DNA from: Longimicrobiales bacterium
Lineage (GTDB): Bacteria; Gemmatimonadota; Gemmatimonadetes; Longimicrobiales; Gaopeijiaceae
Reading direction: 5' to 3'
DNA: 64,000 nucleotides
Assembly (NCBI GenBank): GCA_965116905.1
Contig: OZ220732.1
Span: 1,856,001-1,920,000 of the forward strand
Shown here: in pieces, positions 56,785-64,000 of the stretch
Layout of the letters: each line of letters starts with the position of its first letter
Position numbering within the stretch: the first letter of the stretch is position 1
Notes under the pieces: model-generated
Databases searched by the model: none
The model's input: only the letters and a program-made list of their open reading frames with translations
Told to the model about the DNA's origin: nothing
Made by a program: the position numbers and the translations under genes

Positions 56785-56856
56785 CGGGCCGACGCTTCGA
56801 TGCTCGCCCTGCCATGAGACGCCGCCGAGGCCAGGGCTCACCCACCCGCGAGCCGG

Positions 56857-57570
56857 TCACTCCCGGGCAGGAGCACGGGACTCGCGCACCACCATGACCT
56901 GCGCGCCGTCGACCGGGCGCTGCTCGTACGTTGTCGCTGCCGCCTGTTCGAGCCGTGCAACGTACTCGTTGATACGACCGCGGTCGTCGGTCCAGAAGGT
57001 CAGCAGCGCCCCCGACTGGGGGATGGCACCGGCGACGAAGGCCCGCAAACCCCCATCGGTGTTGACGCCGTACAGGATCAGGTCCGGAGCTGCCTTCACG
57101 GTATCGATCCGTGGACCCTCCACCGAAAGCACCACGGCGCCGACGTCCAGCTGATCGTGCTGGATCACGACCTCGACGTACCCGAACCGGTTGTCCACGT
57201 CGACTCCCATCTGCTGCTGGGTCGACAATCCCCCCGGGTCGCGGGCCGTCACCGTCACGACGGCGCCGCCCATGGCCAGCCCGGTCACCGTGAGGAAGTT
57301 GCCCGAGACGGTGGCCGTGGCGATCGCGTTGTTCGACACGGTGGCGGTGTAGGTCAGACGGTCGTTGTCGGGGTCGCTGAAGTAGCCGGTCAGGATCACC
57401 CTCACCGTGTCGCCGACGAGCATCTCGACGGCGGGGATCGCATCGGTCGCCACCGGTGGCCGGTTGGTCGGCGGCGGGGGCGCCACCGGTGCGTCCTCGC
57501 CGCCACAGGAGTGGACGACGACCGCCGCCGCTGCAGCCAGAATCAGCAGAGCACACCGCTTCAGGTTCAC
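56857..57570 (-). CDS. Lipoprotein with Ig-like (DPDxD) domain
   Basis: VHSCGG lipobox, YFSDPDND; GTGA overlap with the upstream gene. Confidence 0.8.
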   Translation of the reverse strand: MNLKRCALLILAAAAAVVVHSCGGEDAPVAPPPPTNRPPVATDAIPAVEMLVGDTVRVILTGYFSDPDNDRLTYTATVSNNAIATATVSGNFLTVTGLAMGGAVVTVTARDPGGLSTQQQMGVDVDNRFGYVEVVIQHDQLDVGAVVLSVEGPRIDTVKAAPDLILYGVNTDGGLRAFVAGAIPQSGALLTFWTDDRGRINEYVARLEQAAATTYEQRPVDGAQVMVVRESRAPARE

Positions 57571-60500
57571 GGTCGCTCCCTCCCGTCCGGTCGTCCCGGG
57601 GTGCCGCAGCCGGACTCCTCGCCGCCGGCAGCGCAGTGGTCGAGCCACCGCAGCACGTCGCCCGCGTTAAAGGTCCCATCCTGGTTGCCGAACCAGTCGA
57701 GAAAGCGCTCCTGTTCGGGCTGGAGCTGTCCGTCCCCGAGGAGGTGTTGCGCCGCTCCCTCGACCGTCATCGGGGCAACCACCTCGAAGCGGTCCACGAT
57801 CATGCCCAGCAGGTACGATCGACCCGGCACCCGGATCATGATCGTGTCCTCGAACGTCCCGGGATCCAGAGACTCCGAAGAACGTGACCAGACGATCGGA
57901 GCCTCCCGGCCTCCGGCCGTCTTGTCGATCATCAGCCACTCCGAACCGCTGGAGGCCGTCCACACCGCCGAGGCGGCCCCGAAGCCGGTCAGGCCGGACG
58001 GCAGTGAGTCCGAGGTGACGACGGACCAGCCCGACACGCCGTAGCCCGAGGTGAGGCGCAGTGCGGGAAGGGTCAGCGGCGGCTCGACCGACAGGCTGTA
58101 CACCAGCGTCGCGGGGCTTCCCGTCGCCAGGGGGGCCAGGACCACTACCGAGTCCACGTAGACGCCCGGGGGCAGACTATCCGGATCGATCGTCCACCGG
58201 ACGGAGGCGCTGCCGACGCCGGTCGTATCGATGAGCTCGAACCAATCGGTACGTCCCGGGTGGCTGGCGATCCATTCCACCGTTGCCGCCCGGGGCCCCT
58301 CGAAGTCGACCGCCAACGAATCCGTGAAGGCCTCCGTGCTGTCCTGCTCCACCGACATCAGCCGCTCGGTGCTGCCCAGTGTCATGTGGCCCCTGGGAAC
58401 AGCGCTGTGGACCGTCACCGGAATCGTGACGGCGTCGGCTACGCCGGCGACGTTCACGCGGATCGTGGCCGAGTGGTCGCCAGGGGTAAGCTCGGTTGCG
58501 GCGACGCTGTAGCCCAATCGCCCGCGTCCGGCTCCGGTCGCTCCCTCAAGGGTCATCCAGGGCGCGTCCGAGGCGGTTGCCGTCCATGTGGCAAGTTGTT
58601 CGTCCCGTCCGCTGGGCGCCACGATCACCTGACCCTCCGCCTGCGTTTCCACGCCGGAGAGAATCGTATCGCTCACCGCCGAGGGCCGCGTCCGCGCCGT
58701 CAGCGGAACGTCGATCGGGATCTCGTACATCCCCCGGCCGTGCGTGGCGGCGAGCAGCCTGCCCGTCCCCGGACTGGCCGCGATGTCGAACACGGCAGCC
58801 ATGGGCAGGTCGATGTCGAGCATGTCCCAGGAGTCCCCTCCCCGGGGCGAGTGGAACACGCCCAGGTCGGTTCCGATGTACACGGCGTCGGGGTTCTCGG
58901 GGTCGTACAGGACCGCGTTGACGGGGTGGTCCGGGAGGCTGCCCGTGCGGTCACGCCACGTGCGCCCTCCGTCGGTCGTCTGGAAGACGTGGCCGGCTCC
59001 GAAGCCGCCGGCGACCGCGTAGGCGACATCCGGGTCGTCAGGATGCACCGCGAGGTCACCGATGTACCGATCTGCGGGAAGCCCCTCGGCGGGCCCGACG
59101 ATCGACCAGGACGCCCCCGCGTCGCGAGTCACCGCTACCCCCCCAAGGGTCAGGGAGATGTACACGGTATTGGGGTCGGACAAAGAGGGGGCGATCGCGG
59201 AGATCCTGCCTTCCCAAGTTGGTCCGGGGAAGGCTTCCGAGACCCGGATCCACTCTTCGGCCGCGTTGTCGGTGCGATACAGTCTTCGGGTGCCGAAATA
59301 GAGCCTCTTCGAGTCGATCGGATCCATCACGAGCGGGGGGACAAACGCAGCGTCTTCACCCATGTCGATCCCGGAGATCCGCCGCTCGCCGTTCTTTCGC
59401 GGCCCACCGACGACCGGGTCCCACTGTGACTCGTTGTACCAGGTGTCGCGGTTCTCGGCATCGATAGCCGTGAACCCGCCGTCTCCGCCAATCAGCTTCG
59501 TCCATGTCGTGGTCCCGGCCGCGGACCGCACAGTGCCCTGATCCTGAGTTCCCCCGAGCGTCACGGCAGGATCGGACGGATGTGCGGTGATGCCCGGATA
59601 GAACTGAGCCAGGGCCAGGTTGGTGGCCAACGAAGTCCAGCTCGTGCCGGCGTCCGGAGACCGGAATACGCCGCCGTCGTTGGCCACGTAGAGGACATCC
59701 GGACCGCTCAGCGTGTCGAAGACCAGCAGGTGTTGATCGACGAAGAGGTTGTTCGGATGGATCTGCCGAAAAGTGCGGCCGCCATCGATGGAAGCCTGAA
59801 GGACGATGGCCCCCAGGTAGAGCCGGTCCGGGTCCAGGGGGTGCACCGCCAGGGTCATGTCGTACCAGCATTGGTGATGGCACGTGGCGCCGTCCGCCTC
59901 GAGTTCCTGCCAGGTCGCCGCGCCGTCGTCGCTGCGGTACAGCAGCAAGCCCTTTCGAGTCTCGCGGTCTTCTCCGACGTTCACGACACCGGCATACAGG
60001 GTCTCGGGTGCCGATGGGGAGATCGCCAGATTGATGCGCCTGATGTCGGTATCGCGGAGACCGGCGGAGGCTTGCGTCCATGAGCGGCCGCCGTCGCTGG
60101 ATTTGTGGATGCCCCAGTTGGCGTATCGTGGAAGCGAGTGGAACGCTGCGTACAGGACCGAGGGATCGGCGGGATCCATGATGAGATCGGTGGCGACGCC
60201 ACGCCTGACCAGGGTCCAGCTGCGGCCGCTGTCCGTCGAGCGAAACAGCCCGAAGTCCGTGGCCGCCAGCACCGTCGTAGAGCTGAGTGAACCGGCGGTT
60301 GCCGGGTCGACGACCACCCGGGAAATCCGTGCCCCTATGTTCCCCGGTATGCGCAAAACGTCGGCCCCCTGCTCCTCCCACGTCCTGCCCCCGTCCGCCG
60401 ACCGGAGCATTCCGCAGCCGTAGTAGCTGTCTCCCGAGAAGTGCTGCTCCCCGGTGCCCGCGTAGACGATGTCGGGATTGACCGGGTCTATGGCGATCGA

Positions 60501-61013
60501 CCCCATCGCCAGCGAACACTCGTAATCGGTAAGCGGAGTCCAGGAGGCACCACGGTCTTCGGACTTCCACACCCCGCCCTGAGCCCCGCCAATGTAGAGA
60601 ACGGCCGGGTTGGCCGGGTGGATAGCGATCGCCGACACTCGTCCGGCCATGGGACCTCTACGCCGGTCGTCGATCTGTTCGGGGCCGATGAAGCGCCAGG
60701 GCGCGCCGGGGCCACGCACCCGCCGAGGCCCGAAGCCGCGTACGGCCATGACCTGTCGTCTCGCGATCTGGAGGCGGGCGGCGATATCCGTGGCGCCGCC
60801 CGAGTAGAGTCGCACCCTCTCGTATTCCATGCGGCCGCGAAGTTGCTCCTCCTCCTGGGCGGCGCCACCGGGAGTGAGGAGCAGAGCCGCCAGGCCGGTC
60901 AGGAATGCGGTGGAACCCCACCTCGCAACCACCCGGCGCGCGCGCATTCTCCAGCGCATTCTCCAGCGCATTCTCCAGCGCATTCTCCAGTGTGGTGACT
61001 GCGGATTATCCAT
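57567..61013 (-). CDS. Large secreted BNR/Asp-box beta-propeller (VPS10-like) protein with C-terminal Ig/BACON-like domains
   Basis: Many SxDGGxTW repeats, GGTQDQG, GGDGG, AATHGRG; start uncertain. Confidence 0.85.
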   Translation of the reverse strand: MDNPQSPHWRMRWRMRWRMRWRMRARRVVARWGSTAFLTGLAALLLTPGGAAQEEEQLRGRMEYERVRLYSGGATDIAARLQIARRQVMAVRGFGPRRVRGPGAPWRFIGPEQIDDRRRGPMAGRVSAIAIHPANPAVLYIGGAQGGVWKSEDRGASWTPLTDYECSLAMGSIAIDPVNPDIVYAGTGEQHFSGDSYYGCGMLRSADGGRTWEEQGADVLRIPGNIGARISRVVVDPATAGSLSSTTVLAATDFGLFRSTDSGRSWTLVRRGVATDLIMDPADPSVLYAAFHSLPRYANWGIHKSSDGGRSWTQASAGLRDTDIRRINLAISPSAPETLYAGVVNVGEDRETRKGLLLYRSDDGAATWQELEADGATCHHQCWYDMTLAVHPLDPDRLYLGAIVLQASIDGGRTFRQIHPNNLFVDQHLLVFDTLSGPDVLYVANDGGVFRSPDAGTSWTSLATNLALAQFYPGITAHPSDPAVTLGGTQDQGTVRSAAGTTTWTKLIGGDGGFTAIDAENRDTWYNESQWDPVVGGPRKNGERRISGIDMGEDAAFVPPLVMDPIDSKRLYFGTRRLYRTDNAAEEWIRVSEAFPGPTWEGRISAIAPSLSDPNTVYISLTLGGVAVTRDAGASWSIVGPAEGLPADRYIGDLAVHPDDPDVAYAVAGGFGAGHVFQTTDGGRTWRDRTGSLPDHPVNAVLYDPENPDAVYIGTDLGVFHSPRGGDSWDMLDIDLPMAAVFDIAASPGTGRLLAATHGRGMYEIPIDVPLTARTRPSAVSDTILSGVETQAEGQVIVAPSGRDEQLATWTATASDAPWMTLEGATGAGRGRLGYSVAATELTPGDHSATIRVNVAGVADAVTIPVTVHSAVPRGHMTLGSTERLMSVEQDSTEAFTDSLAVDFEGPRAATVEWIASHPGRTDWFELIDTTGVGSASVRWTIDPDSLPPGVYVDSVVVLAPLATGSPATLVYSLSVEPPLTLPALRLTSGYGVSGWSVVTSDSLPSGLTGFGAASAVWTASSGSEWLMIDKTAGGREAPIVWSRSSESLDPGTFEDTIMIRVPGRSYLLGMIVDRFEVVAPMTVEGAAQHLLGDGQLQPEQERFLDWFGNQDGTFNAGDVLRWLDHCAAGGEESGCGTPGRPDGRERP
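60942..60989. repeat. 4 x 12-bp perfect tandem repeat GCGCATTCTCCA, encoding (WRMR)4 on the minus strand
   Basis: Seen directly. Confidence 0.95.
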
Positions 61014-61171
61014 CGGAGCGCTTCGACAAACGTCCTCTCCGTCACTTCGCGGTCCGGCGTTTGCGATCACGAATGCTGGCAACCGTAGACGCCTGCTGCT
61101 TATTGTGTCAAGCCCGCAAACCACCTGCCTGGCTGGCCTGAGACCGCAGCCCAAAACCAGCGAGCCCGACC

Positions 61172-62776
61172 ATGATGATCGAGATCCGCCGCCACCCGGG
61201 TCCGCATGCCACTCCTGCTGCGGCGCCTGTCCCGTTCCTGGTCGCCCTTGCCCTCGCCGCGCTCTCCGCCTGCGACCGCCCCGCACCCGCCCCCATCCCC
61301 GTCGTCGAGGCCACCATCGTCGGCGTCCAGAAGGCCATCTTTTCGGGCGCTACAACCTGCCGCATGGTCGTGCAGTCGTACCTTGACCGCATCGAAGCCT
61401 ACGAGGACCGGATCAACGCGATCACCGTCGTCAACCCGGCCGCCCTGGACCGTGCCGACGAACTCGACGCCGCGGTGGCCGCCGGTGAGGAGCCCGGCCC
61501 GCTATTCTGCGTGCCCATGCTCGTCAAGGACAACTTCGACACCCATGACATGGTCACCACCGCGGGCTCGATCGCGCTGGCCAACAACATCCCGCCCGAC
61601 GACGCGTTCATGGTACGGCGCATCCGCGAGGCGGGCGCCATCGTGCTCGCCAAGACCAACATGGCCGAGTGGGCCTTCAGCGCACGCCAGTCGGTGAGCT
61701 CGTCGTACGACACGACGCGCAACGCTTATGCCCTCGACCGTGTGCCGGCGGGCTCCAGCGGCGGCACGGCGTCGGGCGTCGCCGCCAACTTCGGCCTGAT
61801 CGGTCTGGGCAGCGACACGGGCAACTCGATCCGCGGGCCCTCGTCACGCCTGGCCCTGGTCGGCATCCGTTCCACGATCGGGCTGACCAGCCGGGACGGG
61901 GTGGTGCCGCTTTCCTTCGACCGCGACATCGCCGGACCGATGGGCCGCACGGTCGAGGATGTGGCCCGCGTTTTCGACGTGGTGGCCGGTTTCGACCCCG
62001 CCGATCCCTACACCGAGGCCGGCCGCGGCCGCGGAGAGGACGACTACACGGCCTTCCTCGACGCCGACGGTCTGCAGGGCGCCCGGATCGGTGTGTTGCG
62101 GGCGCTCGTCGACACGGAGGACGCGGATTCTGCCGTGGTCGCTGTCTTCGAGCAGTCGCTCACCGAACTGGCCCGGCTCGGCGCCGAGATCGTGGATCCC
62201 TTCGACTTCGACGTCCAGGCCCAGCTGGATCGCGAGAACATGTTCTGCGGCCGCTTCCGCTACGACATGCACGTATACCTGAACTCGCTCGGCGAGGCGG
62301 CGCCCATCACCGACGTCGTGCAGGTACTCGAGACCGGCCAGTACTCGGACTACGTCGAGAACTCGCTCCGCCGCGCCGAGGATTCACCGCTCGACGTGCA
62401 TCCCGCCGACCGCGATCCGCCGTGCCCGGACTTCCTCGAAAACGAGGGGCGCCAGGCCTATCTGGCCGACCTGGTGGCCGCGATGGACGCCGCGGAAGTC
62501 GACGCGCTCGTCTACCCGTCGTGGCTGAGCCCCCCCGCCCACATCGACCGCGGGCGCGAGGAGTACAGCGGCGACAACTCCCAGCGCGTCGCCCCCGCCA
62601 CCGGAATGCCCGCGATCACCGTGCCGATGGGCTTCACCGACGGGGTGCACCCGGCCGGGTTGCAAATCCTGGCGCGTCCGTACGCCGAGGGGTTGCTCTT
62701 CCGGTATGCGTACGCCTATGAGCAGGGGACGCGGCATCGGCGGCCGCCGGAGGGGTTCCCGGAGCTGGAAGACTGA
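61172..62776 (+). CDS. Amidase signature family lipoprotein
   Basis: LSAC lipobox, VKDN, GSSGG, GSDTGNSIRGP. Confidence 0.92.
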   Translation: MMIEIRRHPGPHATPAAAPVPFLVALALAALSACDRPAPAPIPVVEATIVGVQKAIFSGATTCRMVVQSYLDRIEAYEDRINAITVVNPAALDRADELDAAVAAGEEPGPLFCVPMLVKDNFDTHDMVTTAGSIALANNIPPDDAFMVRRIREAGAIVLAKTNMAEWAFSARQSVSSSYDTTRNAYALDRVPAGSSGGTASGVAANFGLIGLGSDTGNSIRGPSSRLALVGIRSTIGLTSRDGVVPLSFDRDIAGPMGRTVEDVARVFDVVAGFDPADPYTEAGRGRGEDDYTAFLDADGLQGARIGVLRALVDTEDADSAVVAVFEQSLTELARLGAEIVDPFDFDVQAQLDRENMFCGRFRYDMHVYLNSLGEAAPITDVVQVLETGQYSDYVENSLRRAEDSPLDVHPADRDPPCPDFLENEGRQAYLADLVAAMDAAEVDALVYPSWLSPPAHIDRGREEYSGDNSQRVAPATGMPAITVPMGFTDGVHPAGLQILARPYAEGLLFRYAYAYEQGTRHRRPPEGFPELED

Positions 62777-62801
62777 AGCAGGCCATCGCGCAGACGCTCG
62801 G

Positions 62802-64000
62802 TCACACGCCTTCTCCTGGTGCGGCAACTCCAGCCTCGGGAACTGCCGCCGCCAGAAACCAGGGCAGGACCCGGAATCCGCTCAATGCGAAATCCTCGGT
62901 CCCTCCGTGGACCAGCACACCCCCCCGATTCGGGTTCGACGGGATCGAGGTCCACCACTTCAGCGCCGACAACGCGTCCGCGGGCACGGTCCGACCCGAC
63001 TTGACCTCCACCGGGATCAGGCGGTCGCCCGCGTCGACCAGGATGTCGATCTCGTGCCCCGTGGCGTCGCGCCAGAAGTACAGCTTCGGATCCTGCCGCC
63101 TTGCCGCGTACGCCTTGACGAGTTCGGCGACGACGAACGACTCGAAAACGGCACCACGCAACGGGTGTCTCTCAAGTGTCACGGCGTTTTCGATGCCCAG
63201 CAGATAACACACCAATCCGGGATCGAGAAAGTGCAGCCGCGGTCGCTTGCGGAGGCGCTTTCGGAAGTTTGCGTGATGCGGCGGAAGGGTGGTCGCGATG
63301 TACCCGATCTCAAGTGCCGTGAGCCATCGACGCGCTGTCTGGTGCGTGACGCCGGCGTCGCTGGCCAGCCCGCTCAGATTGAGCTCCGTGGCCGTGCGTG
63401 CCGCGGCCAGGCGTACGAAATTCTCAAACGATCTCACGTCCAGGACCTGGGAAACGTCGCGCAGATCGCGCTCGACGTAGGTTCGGAAGTAGTCGGACAT
63501 CCACTCACCCGCCGAGAGCCCGCGGTCGTGTACGGGCGGATAGAAGCCGGTCACCAGCGTCTCCCACAGATCCTGCCCGGAGAGCCGCTCCGCCGCCGAC
63601 GCCGACACTCCACCCTGGCGGTCCAGTTCGCGTGGATCCAGCGGCGGCAACCCGTGCAACTCGGCCAGGGAAAACGGCAGGAGCAACAGTAACGCGGTCC
63701 GGCCCGCCAGGGTCTGCGACACCGACTTCAGGAGCAGGATGTTCTGCGATCCCGTGACAATGAAGCGTCCGGGCCGGTCGTCTTCATCCACGAGTTCCTG
63801 CACATAGGACAACAGCTCGGGCGCCCGCTGGATTTCGTCCAGGATCAGCGGGTCCCCTCGCGCCAGGAATCCGCGCGGATCCGCCAGGGCCCGGGCGCGG
63901 ACATCGGGTGCCTCGAGTGAGGCGTAACGATGCCCTGGGAAGACGGCTCGCACGAGGGTTGTCTTCCCGGACTGCCGTGGCCCGGTGAGGGTAACGACGG
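62802..64000 (-). CDS. AAA ATPase with DUF4143 domain (5' end outside window)
   Basis: TGPRQSGKT at the edge, ILDEIQ, VTGSQ, TYVERD, FLDPGL, EID..EVKSG. Confidence 0.92.
   Translation of the reverse strand, partial: VVTLTGPRQSGKTTLVRAVFPGHRYASLEAPDVRARALADPRGFLARGDPLILDEIQRAPELLSYVQELVDEDDRPGRFIVTGSQNILLLKSVSQTLAGRTALLLLLPFSLAELHGLPPLDPRELDRQGGVSASAAERLSGQDLWETLVTGFYPPVHDRGLSAGEWMSDYFRTYVERDLRDVSQVLDVRSFENFVRLAAARTATELNLSGLASDAGVTHQTARRWLTALEIGYIATTLPPHHANFRKRLRKRPRLHFLDPGLVCYLLGIENAVTLERHPLRGAVFESFVVAELVKAYAARRQDPKLYFWRDATGHEIDILVDAGDRLIPVEVKSGRTVPADALSALKWWTSIPSNPNRGGVLVHGGTEDFALSGFRVLPWFLAAAVPEAGVAAPGEGV

Noticed and set aside
57567..61013. GH74 xyloglucanase or sialidase call
   Set aside because: Asp-box repeats alone do not define activity; catalytic residues cannot be verified by eye

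Overview
High-GC bacterial window. The gene repertoire (Ig-like/LRR lipoproteins, a 6-bladed beta-propeller, amidases, TonB-dependent receptors) suggests a Gemmatimonadota-like, possibly host/sponge-associated genome; this is inference only. Positions ~1.7-19.4 kb form a decayed integrative/defence island. It holds a frameshifted tyrosine integrase with three further fragments of the same element, a GmrSD(DUF262/DUF1524)-DUF4268 protein, an MmeI-like RM enzyme, HigBA, HipBA-like genes and a DUF4238 protein. The most notable feature there is the remains of a diversity-generating retroelement (DGR): an intact secreted FGE/CLec target gene with a VR-like 3' end, downstream hairpins, and an avd 5' fragment cut off by an integrase fragment, with no TR or RT in the window. 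The rest is metabolic/surface genes: two NCS2 permeases fused to a degenerate RsbW-like HATPase domain around a class III aminotransferase, an S9 peptidase, tandem Ig-LRR lipoproteins, two amidases, an RND pump, a TBDR, a Tat-exported Mo-oxidoreductase trio, a cobalamin uptake/salvage locus with two back-to-back divergent B12 riboswitches, a large BNR propeller protein and a truncated AAA/DUF4143 ATPase. All family calls come from motif recognition by eye, not database searches.
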